A stretch of DNA of 64,000 bases from NCBI GenBank assembly GCA_965261545.1, contig CBDHDF010000011.1, forward strand, positions 128,001 to 192,000, in the 5' to 3' direction. A program made the position numbers and the translations under genes. Source of the DNA: Bdellovibrionales bacterium (GTDB lineage: Bacteria; Bdellovibrionota; Bdellovibrionia; Bdellovibrionales; UBA1609). Of the stretch, positions 40,359-52,341 are shown piece after piece; positions within the stretch are counted from its first letter, which is position 1; each line of letters starts with the position of its first letter. A model generated the notes under the pieces. That model worked only from the letters and a program-made list of their open reading frames with translations. It searched no databases and was not told the DNA's origin.

Positions 40359-41140
40359 TGAATCACGAAGAACTTATAGGTTCTCTTAAAAAACTCCGAC
40401 TTCCAGCGATGGCGGATGAATATGTTGCAACGGCTAGAGTTGCCGAAAAAACAAAAAAGACGTATGAACAGTATTTAGGTATACTCGTTCAAAATGAGCT
40501 TGCTGACAAGCATTCCCAGAGAGTGAAAAGATTGCTTAAGGGGGCCAAGCTTCCTCAACTTAAATCACTCCAAACTTATAACTTCCAGAAAAGAACGGGA
40601 GTGACAGCTCAGCAAATTAATTGGATGGCAGAGGGAGAGTGGGTCAGAAAAGCCTGTAATGTTGTGTTTTACGGAAGCTTTGGAATGGGGAAAAGTCATT
40701 TGGCCATGTCCCTAGTTCGTTCACTCTGTGAACAAGGCTATCGATGTTTATGGGTCACCACTCATGAACTTATTGAAACAATGCGTGAAAGCAAGAAAGA
40801 ACTCTCATTGAATGCTCTTTTTAAGAAATTAGACCGTTTTGATCTTATTGCTTGTGATGAACTTGGCTATACAGCTTCCTGCACAGAGGGTGCTGATCTT
40901 TTCTTTCAATTCATATCTCAGCGATATGAAAGGAAAAGTCTCATGATCACTACAAACTTAACTTACTCTGAATGGGATAAGGTGTTTCTTAACCCTATTA
41001 CCACCGCTGCTGCTGTTGATCGAATTATTCACAACTGTGAAACCCTCAACATTGAAGGAAAAGAAAGTTGGAGAACCGAATCGGCAAAAGCCAAGTCTAA
41101 ACAGAGCAAAGAGGAAAGTTCAACCAAAGAAGTTCATTAG
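40358..41140 (+). CDS. istB: IstB ATPase
   Basis: GSFGMGKSH, DELGY, ITTNL, AAVDRIIH. Confidence 0.92.
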   Translation: MNHEELIGSLKKLRLPAMADEYVATARVAEKTKKTYEQYLGILVQNELADKHSQRVKRLLKGAKLPQLKSLQTYNFQKRTGVTAQQINWMAEGEWVRKACNVVFYGSFGMGKSHLAMSLVRSLCEQGYRCLWVTTHELIETMRESKKELSLNALFKKLDRFDLIACDELGYTASCTEGADLFFQFISQRYERKSLMITTNLTYSEWDKVFLNPITTAAAVDRIIHNCETLNIEGKESWRTESAKAKSKQSKEESSTKEVH

Positions 41141-41643
41141 AGATCCCCACTTTTGGGGAAGGAACTCGCCAGTTATCCACAAAATTTATCCACAGCAGCA
41201 CTGCGTTGCTAGACATCGGGGTCACAGCCGCAGTGTCGCCATGGATAAATTTATGGATAACTGGCTTTTACCGTACTATTTGCTCGTCACTCTCGCGGAG
41301 CTTTAGACATTAGCTGCGCCAAGGAATCCTGAAAAATACTCCATTTACCTCTGCCATAGGGCTGAAGGATGCATTTGGGGTCATGCCAAAAGTGGTGGGC
41401 AGAAAATCATTCCTCAGAATCTTGTGGCATAGTCCGAGTTAAATGATGAGCAAAATAAAGACACTTGACTAAACTCTGAACGAAGAATAACTAAATCAGT
41501 ACATCATCAACTGGCCGTTTTTCATTGGCGACGGCTTCTAAAAATGGCCAATTTTAATTGGCGCCTAACAGATAGAGCCCCGCAACAAAAAGGGGGATGC
41601 TATCCATTATGAAATCAAGAATCAGTTTAAAGTTAGGTTTTTT

Positions 41644-41888
41644 GGGTGTGCTAACGATATACTGTAGATTATATACCCACAGCGTCAATTTGTGCCCTCT
41701 TCAATCAGCATTTAGTCATAGGTTGAGCTCGACACTGTCGGTTTAAGGCCTTAAAATTTTCATCAATCCCTTAAAAGTTCAATACAAAGCACTTGCAGAG
41801 TCAATCTTGTGGGTAGATTCTTCTTAAACTGATAGTATTAAGTTAGACTAAAGGACGGTAATTTCTACAGTATATTATTAGCACACCC
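41644..41888. mobile_element. 245-bp non-autonomous MITE
   Basis: 25-bp TIRs GGGTGTGCTAA(CG/TA)ATATACTGTAGA; 8-bp TSD GGTTTTTT; absent from the other IS4-A copies. Confidence 0.88.
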
Positions 41889-44002
41889 GGTTTTTTGTAG
41901 TCATTTTTTACCAACTGATTCACACTGTCTTCATCCTCATTTATGCTCATTTGATTCTTTGTATAATTGAAGAGCCAAAAATAAGAATACAGCTCTTGCA
42001 ATATTCCATTAAGGCTTGTTGAGTGCCACTGCTCCATTTTCATTGTCGATGTAAAATCACGAAATGTCGTTTCTATTTCCCAACGACGAGAGTAAAGAGC
42101 AACCATATCCTTCTTGTCCAAGGAGCCATGCGGAAGATTAGTGGCCAAAACAGAGAACTCCCCAGTCTTTGGGTTTTTATACTTATAGAGATGAATGACC
42201 ACCCCCTCAATAACCATTTGTGAATACCAACCTGGGCCATTAAATAAATTTACGATGGGGATAAAAGTAGAGCCTCGCTTACAACGCGCAATAAAGAAGT
42301 TACTGGCTTGAGCATGGGCCTTAATAATCTCTGTAGATAAATAAAGCCTATCGTAGAGAGTTATGCTATTACTCTCAAAACTACCTATCATTTGAATAGC
42401 ATTGGCGATTTCGTTGAGAGCGGGAGAAAAGCAAAGATTCTTTGTCACACCCGATAAAACGTCATAAGCATGAGATAGATACATACGTAAGAAATGAGTT
42501 TCCATCTCATTTGGGCAAGGGTACCCACAATAACCCTCCTTTAAAAGATCTTTAGAGCGAGGAAGTGCTAATTGGTCGCCATCTATGGCATAGATATAAA
42601 AGCCATGAAACGTTTTTCTCAATGGTTCGTAGTCTGTAATCAGAGATTCAAAGATATTTTTAAAAAATAGGTAAGAAATACTTTGACGTATCTTGCTGAG
42701 ACTGCTTTTGACTGGCATGAGAAGCAGGTCACCAAAATGAGTCCATACCGTCTTAAGAGCGATTTGGTAGCCTTCGTAATTTGTTCCGGAAATAAGATAG
42801 ATAATAGTAAAAAAGAAAATTTGAGGATTAAATTTTCGATTCCTTTTTTGTTTTTCTGGATCGACAAGGTGCTCTGGCTTGAAGGAAGAATCAAGTTTTG
42901 GTAGAATAAAATGGTCATCTGTGACGCGAACTCGTCATTTGGGGGCTTTCGAGATCAATATTGGATTGCATGTGACTTACTCCTTGGTTGAGGGTTGGGT
43001 GTAAAATAAAACAAGTCTTATTCTTGTCGATTTATCTAATAATTTCAAGAGATTTTTCTTAAGGAAACGGCATTGGTTCATGAAGACCTTGTTAAAGAAA
43101 AGAAAGATTCTGGTGATATTGGTATGACATCGGAGCAAGTTCTCAAGGTGGCTATTCTTAAATCCATAAGAGGTCTTTCCTATCGTGTTAGCTGACAATT
43201 AAAATGCCCCACCGTCGCCAATGAAAAGTGGCCACTTTTCAGAGGAGGACCTATGGTGATTTTTGGCATTGTCAACCGAGACGCATATAATCAATTGATA
43301 TTACTCATAAAAAGGCTCCGAGCTGATAAGAACTCCTTTTGGGTTCTTGTCGACCTGGAAAGGGGCTCCGTGTTGGAGAGTCCTTCCATGACAGCCTATT
43401 CAGGTTCCATATTTGTCATTTGTAGACTGTTTCTGGATTTCAATGAGGTTAAATATATAGTCAAGAAAAGCCTGTTTAGGCTGTGCCCATTTTCTAAAGT
43501 ATTTAAATTCCACAAGATTCCAACATTTGCCTCAATTTTCATGGAATTTCTTTTTGAAGACAGGCTTCCCTTAAAGCCGTCGCCAATTAAAATGTCCCAC
43601 TTTCAATATGGAGGTTGTCGCCAATGAAAAGTGACCAATCTTCAGGGAGTGTTCAAATACTAGACAATGAAGTCTCTTCTTCTGATATAGATACTAAGCT
43701 CACAGAGTCCCTCCCTTTTGCAACTCAAAAGGTTAGCAATGAGGAGGATCTTATGATTAGTCAATACACTTTCGGCCGCATTCGTGACCTGAGTCACAGT
43801 GGTAAAAATAAGACAGAAATATCTCGTGAATTAGGGATCAATCGTAAGACGGTGCGCAAGTACTGTGAGTCCAACACCCCACCGAAGTACAAGGCGAGGT
43901 CCAAAAGAACTCGCCCAGATCCCCTTAATGGATATATGGATCGGGTGCATAGGTGTTCGTGGTTTTTTTCTAATTTTAATTCCGAATTAATGGAAATACT
44001 TT

Positions 44003-44233
44003 TCAAGCCTCCTTTTTTACATAGAGGGAAGTGGGCGATTTATAAATATTTATAGATGGTATTTTGAGAAATGGACGCAGATTGACATTTGATATCCACG
44101 ACAAGCCATGTGTTTTAAGAGACTTAATTGTGTAACGAAAGAACTGTGGACTTTTGGGAACAACAGAATTTAAATTTCTTTCCACTTCCGCATGGACAGG
44201 ATTGATTTCTTTCAATTTTTTCGCTTTGGTCAT
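44003..44233 (-). CDS. Small hypothetical passenger ORF
   Basis: 76-aa ORF inside the IS4-B TIRs; no motif recognised. Confidence 0.35.
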   Translation of the reverse strand: MTKAKKLKEINPVHAEVERNLNSVVPKSPQFFRYTIKSLKTHGLSWISNVNLRPFLKIPSINIYKSPTSLYVKKEA

Positions 44234-44263
44234 TTTTCTGCTGTGATGCCGACATATCTTCAG

Positions 44264-44587
44264 TTACAATTTTTTTTTCTTTTCATCTTCCAAATCCTCA
44301 TCCAAATTATCAAAAAGAATATCTCCTAGATTCTGGTGAAAGTAACGATTTTTAAATTGAGATATGAGCATCATAAAAATACATGTAAGAACCAAAAGTG
44401 TGAGTGAAGCAAAAAACAAATAAGATGCTTGCATCTGAGTTAATGGGAGGATGAGTGCCAGTAAATAACCAAATCCAAATACCAATAAGGAAATAAAAAG
44501 AGATATAAAGGATCCCAAAGAAAGTAATATTAAAAGTCCAAAAATCATTGCTATTTTTTGCTCCTGTCGAATACAATGAATCCGCAT
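44264..44587 (-). CDS. Two-TM hypothetical passenger ORF
   Basis: Two hydrophobic helices and an acidic tail; inside the IS4-B TIRs. Confidence 0.45.
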   Translation of the reverse strand: MRIHCIRQEQKIAMIFGLLILLSLGSFISLFISLLVFGFGYLLALILPLTQMQASYLFFASLTLLVLTCIFMMLISQFKNRYFHQNLGDILFDNLDEDLEDEKKKKL

Positions 44588-44692
44588 AGATACAAGTGAG
44601 TTATCTACAGACTTAATGATTCTCGCGTTAGTATCTTAATAGGTCAAGATTAATTGGAGGAAATTTTTATTTTTTAAACGCAGGGGGCAAAT

Positions 44693-45937
44693 ATGAGCAC
44701 GGAAGCTCAAACACTTAAAACGATCAAAAAATGTTTCAAGAAAGTTATTCCTGAAAAGGACTCTCGGGCAACCATTCCACCTCTTGAGTTTATTGTGGCT
44801 CTTGTCTTGTCATTCCAGGGAGACTCTAAGACATATTCAATAGAGGGGATTAGGAGGTTTATGATAAGTCATTTAGGGTTAAGAATTGAAAGACACAGCT
44901 TCTGGGAAAGACTCTCTAGAAAAAGATTAAAAAAGCTTCTGAGTAAACTGGTTGAAATGCTCATGATAAAGCTATCTCATGGAGCTTTTCATGGAAGCAA
45001 AGCCATATTATTACAACTGGGAGTCTCAGACGTTCTTCTTGTTGACTCAAGCACAATAAGCCTTTGGGATGGAGCATCTGAGAATTTTCCAGGGACAAGA
45101 ACAAACGCAGGAATTAAATGGCACGCTTGTTTCAGTTTATTCAGTGGTATAATGACTTGGTTCGAATTAACTCCGTCTTCCACTAACGATAGGAAGTGCT
45201 TTCCTGATATAAAGGAACTCGTTGGAAAATTAGTCATCTTTGATTTGGGATATTGGGACTATGGCTTATTGTCATCTATTCATGAAGCTAAAGGATTTTT
45301 CTTGTCTAGAGTGAAGTCAAATGCCTCTATTCTTATTGATGCTGTTGTTGAAGGTTTGCCAGATTACTATGTTGGAAAAGAGTTCTCTGATATTAAACTC
45401 AAGAAAAAAAACGATGTTGTTGAATTTATAGGCAGTGTCTTGTCCAATGGTAAATGGGTAAGTTTGAGAATTGTAGGCTTCTGGAATTCCTCCGAAAAAC
45501 GCTATCATTGGTATTGCACGAATTTAGATGTGGCAGCGGAGTCCATATATCCAATTTATCGTTTACGTTGGCAATGTGAACTTATTTTCAAATCTTGTAA
45601 GAATTCTTTGAATGCAAATCAGATCACCTCAAACGATCAAAATATCATAGAGAGTCTTCTTCTTGCTTCATTAGCGGCTCACCTCACATCAAGTGTTGTT
45701 TTGAGGATAGGAAGAACTAAACTCAATAAGGAACAAAATGACTCCACATCGTTTCAAAGAGTTGCTAAGGTTACCGTCTTATTAGCCTCTGATTTTATCA
45801 AATATCTCCTAAGCTCATCTCAAAAGTATTTAAATATTTTGATAGAGAAGATCAAGATATTCTCCCATGAAATTTATGACACAAACTACCGACGGCGAAA
45901 AACATCAATGAATATGGCTAAAAAGGTCTTGCTATGA
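44693..45937 (+). CDS. IS4-family transposase
   Basis: LVDSSTI, FDLGY, YRLRWQCELIFK (YREK-type). Confidence 0.9.
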   Translation: MSTEAQTLKTIKKCFKKVIPEKDSRATIPPLEFIVALVLSFQGDSKTYSIEGIRRFMISHLGLRIERHSFWERLSRKRLKKLLSKLVEMLMIKLSHGAFHGSKAILLQLGVSDVLLVDSSTISLWDGASENFPGTRTNAGIKWHACFSLFSGIMTWFELTPSSTNDRKCFPDIKELVGKLVIFDLGYWDYGLLSSIHEAKGFFLSRVKSNASILIDAVVEGLPDYYVGKEFSDIKLKKKNDVVEFIGSVLSNGKWVSLRIVGFWNSSEKRYHWYCTNLDVAAESIYPIYRLRWQCELIFKSCKNSLNANQITSNDQNIIESLLLASLAAHLTSSVVLRIGRTKLNKEQNDSTSFQRVAKVTVLLASDFIKYLLSSSQKYLNILIEKIKIFSHEIYDTNYRRRKTSMNMAKKVLL

Positions 45938-47245
45938 AAGAATAAAAAACCACGAACACCTATGGGATCGGGTGAAGTACTTTTTGAAGTTGAACCCAAG
46001 TAACACCGCCCGTGAAATATATGAGCTATTAGTTGAGGAGGGTTATCGTGGGAGTGAGAGAACGGTTCAGAGAAGAGTTTGTGAGATTCTTGGTTCTCGC
46101 CCCAAGGAGCGTTTTTTCAGCCAAAGATATGATCCTGGAGAACAGGCTCAGTTTGATTTTAAGGAGAAGGTTGCTTTACCATTTGCCGATGGTGTTCAGA
46201 TCGTTCATCTCCATTTTGGAACATTGCCTTGTAGTGGCACCTGTTGGGTTCGTGCCTACCCCTTTCTTGTCTATGAGTGTTTCATCGATGGGGTGCATGC
46301 TTTTTTTGAAAAGATAGGTGGGATGAGTGCGAACATCCGTATTGATAATTTATCTCCCTGTGTGAAGAAAGTTCTTAAAGGAAATCAGCGAATTTACACC
46401 CAATCTTTTGATCGAGCCATCCAATACTATGGATTTAAGGTTCTTCCCTGCCGCGCAGGGAAGGGCTCTGACAAGGGAGATGTGGAGCGTGATATTCGAA
46501 CCTTCAGTTCTCGGATAAAAAATATTGTTAGAAACAAAGGAATTGTTTTTAAAGACTGGGATCATTTGAATCAGTTTTTAGAGTCTTATATGGATCAGCA
46601 TCAGAGTGACTCCACCAAATCTCGCTTTGAGGAGGAGGCCAAAGTTCTTAAGCCTTTGCCTCCACGAGATGAAGATATTCTCTGTAAGGTGAATATTTGT
46701 CAAAGTAATGGTTATGGGACTTTGAGAATAGGTAAAACCACATATTCCATACCTGATGAGGTGATCCAAGCTCCCTGTAAAACCGTACAGGGTCCCTATC
46801 ATGTCACGATCTATCGTGCAGGAGGGAAGCAAGAAATTGTCGCTCGCCATCAAAGAAAACCTGATGGGGAGCATAGTCTTCTTCTTGAACATATCCTTCC
46901 TTCTTTAGTTCGTAAGCCGCAAGCCATGGTAAGATGGGCTCACCGATCCATTCTTTTTCCAACAAATGTGTTTGAAAATTTTTATCAATACCTCAAGCAA
47001 CAAGATTCAAGCCGTGCCGAGCATGAATATTTAAGAGTTATCAACTTGATTCAGCATGTGAGTTGGCAGGACTTATCTACAGCCATGGAGCTTCAATTAG
47101 AAAGTCGTGAGATTTTCGACTTTAAATCCATAAAAGATTTGCTCTTAGGCAATCCCACCAAAATTAATTTGAATGACCAACAAAAACCACTTCAACCTAG
47201 ATTGTCTCAATATGACAGTCTTGTTCCAAACATAGGAGGTTCTTA

Positions 47246-48028
47246 ATGAATCACGAAGAACTTATAGGTTCTCTTAAAAAACTCCGACTTCCAGCGATGG
47301 CGGATGAATATGTTGCAACGGCTAGAGTTGCCGAAAAAACAAAAAAGACGTATGAACAGTATTTAGGTATACTCGTTCAAAATGAGCTTGCTGACAAGCA
47401 TTCCCAGAGAGTGAAAAGATTGCTTAAGGGGGCCAAGCTTCCTCAACTTAAATCACTCCAAACTTATAACTTCCAGAAAAGAACGGGAGTGACAGCTCAG
47501 CAAATTAATTGGATGGCAGAGGGAGAGTGGGTCAGAAAAGCCTGTAATGTTGTGTTTTACGGAAGCTTTGGAATGGGGAAAAGTCATTTGGCCATGTCCC
47601 TAGTTCGTTCACTCTGTGAACAAGGCTATCGATGTTTATGGGTCACCACTCATGAACTTATTGAAACAATGCGTGAAAGCAAGAAAGAACTCTCATTGAA
47701 TGCTCTTTTTAAGAAATTAGACCGTTTTGATCTTATTGCTTGTGATGAACTTGGCTATACAGCTTCCTGCACAGAGGGGGCAGATCTTTTCTTTCAATTC
47801 ATATCTCAGCGATATGAAAGGAAAAGTCTCATGATCACTACAAACTTAACATACTCTGAATGGGATAAGGTGTTTCTTAACCCTATTACCACCGCTGCTG
47901 CTGTTGATCGAATCATTCACAACTGTGAAACCCTCAACATTGAAGGAAAAGAAAGTTGGAGAACCGAATCGGCAAAAGCCAAGTCTAAACAGAGCAAAGA
48001 GGAAAGTTCAACCAAAGAAGTTCATTAG
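47246..48028 (+). CDS. istB: IstB ATPase
   Basis: Identical protein to 40358-41140. Confidence 0.92.
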   Translation: MNHEELIGSLKKLRLPAMADEYVATARVAEKTKKTYEQYLGILVQNELADKHSQRVKRLLKGAKLPQLKSLQTYNFQKRTGVTAQQINWMAEGEWVRKACNVVFYGSFGMGKSHLAMSLVRSLCEQGYRCLWVTTHELIETMRESKKELSLNALFKKLDRFDLIACDELGYTASCTEGADLFFQFISQRYERKSLMITTNLTYSEWDKVFLNPITTAAAVDRIIHNCETLNIEGKESWRTESAKAKSKQSKEESSTKEVH

Positions 48029-48682
48029 AGATCCCCACTTTTGGGGAAGGAACTCGCCAGTTATCCACAAAATTTATCCACAGCAGCACTGCGTTGCTAG
48101 ACATCGGGGTCACAGCCGCAGTGTCGCCATGGATAAATTTATGGATAACTGGCTTTTACCGTACTATTTGCTCGTCACTCTCGCGGAGCTTTAGACATTA
48201 GCTGCGCCAAGGAATCCTGAAAAATACTCCATTTACCTCTGCCATAGGGCTGAAGGATGCATTTGGGGTCATGCCAAAAGTGGTGGGCAGAAAATCATTC
48301 CTCAGAATCTTGTGGCATAGTCCGAGTTAAATGATGAGCAAAATAAAGACACTTGACTAAACTCTGAACGAAGAATAACTAAATCAGTACATCATCAACT
48401 GGCCGTTTTTCATTGGCGACGGCTTCTAAAAATGGCCAATTTTAATTGGCGCCTAACATATCGTGCGTTAGCCTTTAATCTTGTCGATTCAGTATCCACC
48501 AGAGCTTTTCTGGGCCTTGAATTGGAAGAAAATTACGCTCACTCCACCTTACAGGACTTGATTGTTCAAATAAGTGAAGAAACTTGGGGAATTATTAGCG
48601 CCTCTTTAGTTTCAGATGCAAGAGATCAAAAGATTGAGCCGTGTAAGAAAATGAGAGTGGACAGTACAGTGACGAAATCAAA

Positions 48683-51133
48683 CGAGTCCATTACTTAATA
48701 CCCCCGTCAACGACAGAGGTTTTAGAGAGCTAAGGGTCACGGACCCCTCCCATCCCCTTTATAGGAAGTCATTCAAGGTGATTTCCATACCTAAAAATCA
48801 GAAAAAATCTACTTTTGCTTTTGTTCAATACAAGAACCACATGACGCTACGCATACCATTGGCTTCTACCAATCTGAACCCCAATCTCTACGATAGGCAG
48901 GCCCCAAGCAAACTTGGTATAGTTGCAATTCAGGAGCTAATTTCACTGACTCAACAACTGGAAGAGCAACTATGTCAATTACACCAAAAGATGTCTGGCC
49001 AAGACTGCCAAAAGAAATTCAAAAGCAAGTCATCAAAGACTTAACTTTAGCCATTGAGGAGATTATATATGAAAACATCGGAATTGATTACACCTATTCA
49101 CTTAAAGAGAAAAGCCATAATATACATCAGACAGTCGACCCCTCAGCAAGCCATCAAAAACAAAGAAAGTCTCGACCTTCAATACTCACTCAGGCAAAGA
49201 GCTACTGAATTAGGTTGGCAAGAAGATAGTATTGAAATTGTCGATGATGATTTGGGGATCACAGGAAGTAGTATACAGTTTAGAGAAGGCTTCAAGAATA
49301 TCCTTGCAGAAGTGACCTTGGAAAAAATTGGTATTATTCTATCGTACGATGTCACTCGTCTATCTAGAAACTGTACGGACTGGTACCAATTACTTGATCT
49401 GTGTGCTTTTAAGAATTGCCTCATTGCTGATAGAGAGTCTATTTATAACCCTTCTAATGTTAATGGAAGAATGTTACTCGGGTTTAAAGGTCAACTCTCA
49501 GAAATGGAATTATTTACGATACGCAATAGATTAACAGCAGGTCTTCTCAACAAAGCCAAGCGAGGAGATTTAGCTCTTAAATTACCAGTTGGTTTTATTC
49601 GAACAGAACAAGGTAAAGTGCTAAAAGATCCAAATAAAGATTTACAAGATCGCATAAATTTAGTATTTACTATATTCTTAAAACTGAAATCAGCCGGTAA
49701 GGTGTCGCGATTTTTTAACGATAACAACCTCTTACTTCCAAGAGTTGATTTTGTAAAAAGTATTCATTGGAAAAAAACATCCAAGGCAGCCATACTTTCT
49801 ATTTTGAAGAATCCAGCTTATAGCGGAACTTTTGTATATGGCAAAGCTGAATACCGTAGAAAAGACTTAGCTGGAAAACTTAAGCGTACAAAGCTTCCAC
49901 TTAATGAATGGAAAATTGTTGTGAAAGATAAATATCCTAAATATATCGATTGGAATACATTCTTAAAAATACAAGAAATTCTAAAAGACAACTACACTGA
50001 ATATACTCGTAATAAAACAAGAGGCATACCTCGCCCTGGTAAGGCCCTCTTACATGGGATAGTCTATTGTGGAGAATGTGGCCACAAAATGTCAGTGCAG
50101 TATAAAACAGCAACTCGATACTTATGCAACTATCTACGCCAACAACATCGGGAACCTACTTGCCAATTCATTCCTACAGATCCAATCGATGATTATGTAG
50201 TAAACACTTTTTTTAAGGTTCTTTCCCCTGTCGAGCTAGACTTGTATGCCAAGGCTTTAGAAAATAAGTCAAAAATTGACCAAGAGGTTTACAAATCACA
50301 CATTCAGCAAATTCAGCGTTTAAGGTATGAAGCTCAACTGGTAGAAAAGAGGTATCGCAAAGTAGACCCTGAGAATAGACTTGTTGCAGATGAATTAGAA
50401 ACACAATGGGAAGAGGCTTTAGTAATACTTAAAAAAGCCGAAGATCACCTAGAGAGGGTTAAGAATGAACAGCGTATTCCAACTGTGATCTCTCAAAAAA
50501 TGAAAAGAGAATTTTCAGATTTGAATCAAAAACTACCTTCGCTATGGGAGGATAAGATATTGACCAAAGACATGAAAAAGAAAATTCTTAGAACATTGGT
50601 TGAAAAGGTTGTCATTCACAGAAAGAAAAGAGATATGGTTGCACTGAGAATTGTTTGGATTGGAGGAGATACAACAGAAGCTAGCATTCCAATCAAAGTT
50701 GGATCTTTTGATGAACTGTCATCTTCTGAAACGATAAAGAAAATAATTGCGCAGCAGGTCAAGCTTGGGGTGTCTGATGAAGATATTGCCAAACTATTGA
50801 CCCAAAAAGGATTCAGATCACCAATGGATACCACTTTTCTCAGAAATACTGTGAAGTCCTATAGACTAAACAATAAAATCTATCGGAATCGAAAGCACTC
50901 TTTTCCGACCAAAGTCGAGGGAAGCCTCACAACATCTCAAATTGCAGCACTTATTGATGTTAAAGTTCATTGGATTTATCACCATATTAAACAAGGGAGG
51001 ATCATTGTCAAAAAACACGAGAAAACAAAGGCTTATCTCTTTCCAGATAAGAAAAAAACCATATCTGACTTTAAAAAACTTAAGTCCGGATCAATTAAAA
51101 AGCTACGTTACTAAGGGGGTATCAACATGAGTG
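48683..51133 (+). mobile_element. Large serine recombinase element, copy 1
   Basis: 2451-bp insert relative to the intact ISNCY-B; ATCAAA on both sides; second copy from 63233. Confidence 0.88.
49069..51114 (+). CDS. Large serine recombinase
   Basis: YIRQST catalytic Ser, TRLSR, ILKNPAY.G, LLHGIVYCGECG zinc ribbon, coiled coil; GAGGAG RBS. Confidence 0.92.
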   Translation: MKTSELITPIHLKRKAIIYIRQSTPQQAIKNKESLDLQYSLRQRATELGWQEDSIEIVDDDLGITGSSIQFREGFKNILAEVTLEKIGIILSYDVTRLSRNCTDWYQLLDLCAFKNCLIADRESIYNPSNVNGRMLLGFKGQLSEMELFTIRNRLTAGLLNKAKRGDLALKLPVGFIRTEQGKVLKDPNKDLQDRINLVFTIFLKLKSAGKVSRFFNDNNLLLPRVDFVKSIHWKKTSKAAILSILKNPAYSGTFVYGKAEYRRKDLAGKLKRTKLPLNEWKIVVKDKYPKYIDWNTFLKIQEILKDNYTEYTRNKTRGIPRPGKALLHGIVYCGECGHKMSVQYKTATRYLCNYLRQQHREPTCQFIPTDPIDDYVVNTFFKVLSPVELDLYAKALENKSKIDQEVYKSHIQQIQRLRYEAQLVEKRYRKVDPENRLVADELETQWEEALVILKKAEDHLERVKNEQRIPTVISQKMKREFSDLNQKLPSLWEDKILTKDMKKKILRTLVEKVVIHRKKRDMVALRIVWIGGDTTEASIPIKVGSFDELSSSETIKKIIAQQVKLGVSDEDIAKLLTQKGFRSPMDTTFLRNTVKSYRLNNKIYRNRKHSFPTKVEGSLTTSQIAALIDVKVHWIYHHIKQGRIIVKKHEKTKAYLFPDKKKTISDFKKLKSGSIKKLRY

Positions 51134-52341
51134 ATCAAATATTCATCATCCAACGGATGCATCGCTTTTATATGACTGCATAAGAGTTACAGAAAGAGAA
51201 TTTAAAAAAGTTCGTAAAAATGTCATGAAAGATTTTTGGCGACTTATTTCAAGAGAAGATCTTAAGAGAGCAAAAACCTTGCTTTACAAAATTAATAATT
51301 CCAAAAATGATGCGGAAAGACTACCTTGCTATAAGGAGCTTTTAAAAATCGCTACCAAATTGAACAAAGGATTACCTGATACCATCAGAAAGATAAAAAA
51401 AGAACAAAAATGTGTGAAGATGAATGCTTTGAAAAAGAGTCTAAAACAGTTAGAAAATGTTGCCTTCTACCTGGAAAAAATCATCTTTCAAACTCAAAAA
51501 AGAGTTATTGAGGGGAAAAAAGTATCTTCTGAAAAAAAGGTCCTATCCATCTTTGAACCGCATACAGACATTATTGTAAAGGGGCAAAGAGAAGTCGAGT
51601 TTGGGCATAAAATCTTTCTGACCTCAGGGCAAAGCAACATGATTTTAGATTGTCAGATCCCTGATGGCAACCCCGCAGACTCTGATATGTTTTTAAAAGT
51701 TATGAATTCAGTGACACAAACCTATGGGGCTTGCCCTGTAAAAGTAAGTGCAGATGGTGGGTTTGCTTCAAAAGAAAATCTTGAAGAGGCCAAAGAGATG
51801 GGGGCTAAAGATGTTTGCTTCCCAGAAAAAAAAGGAATGAAAATATTAAAGATGGTTAAAAGTGCTTGGGTCTTTAAAAATCTTCTCAATTGGAGAGCCG
51901 GAATAGAGGCTGTTATTTCATTCCTTAAGAGATGTTTTGGTATGAGAGTTGCTTACTGGAAAGGGCATGATGGTTTTAAGAGGTATGTAAAGAATGCCGT
52001 TTGTGCCTATAATTTTGTTGTCTTGGCAAGACATGAATTATCAACTGTCACCTAAATTTATCCATTAGGAATAACAGCAATGGACCAGGTCGAAGGTGCT
52101 AAAATCTTCCAAAGGTAGGGGTGCGTCTTCAAATCGAAAAAACTAGGGCGCAAGTCGCTTAAAGACCTTTTTCCCCTTAATCTGTAGAGTTTGTGTGGCA
52201 AATCTCCAACTCTCACTCCCCCATTGAGGCATTGGGAGGCTCAATGGGGAGTGTCAGAGAACAAAAAATGGGCCTTTCTGGACAGAAACTACTTAAAATT
52301 GCGACAAATCATGTAATATTAGTAGGACTTGATAGTATTAT

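Larger units (their letters stand above)
38325..41570 (+). mobile_element. IS21-family type A, copy 1 (intact)
   Basis: Ends TGTTAG...CTAACA with GTCGCCAAT-type repeats; 5-bp TSD GATAG. Confidence 0.92.
38155..43075 (-). mobile_element. IS4-family type A, copy 1 (interrupted by IS21 and a MITE)
   Basis: TIRs CAATGCCGTTTCCTTAAG; 10-bp TSD GTTCATGAAG; reassembles to 1417 bp. Confidence 0.9.
43948..45964 (+). mobile_element. IS4-family type B with two divergent passenger ORFs
   Basis: TIRs CATAGGTGTTCGTGGTTTTT; 10-bp TSD GGATCGGGTG. Confidence 0.9.
43186..48458 (+). mobile_element. IS21 type A, copy 2 (istA interrupted)
   Basis: TSD TATCG; reassembles to 3246 bp. Confidence 0.92.
37477..52289 (+). 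mobile_element. ISNCY-like type B, copy 2, broken by three insertions (outer shell of nested stack)
   Basis: Segments 37477-38154, 43076-43185, 48459-48682 and 51134-52289 reassemble to ~2147 bp matching copy 1; flanks TATTTA / TACTTA. Confidence 0.9.
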
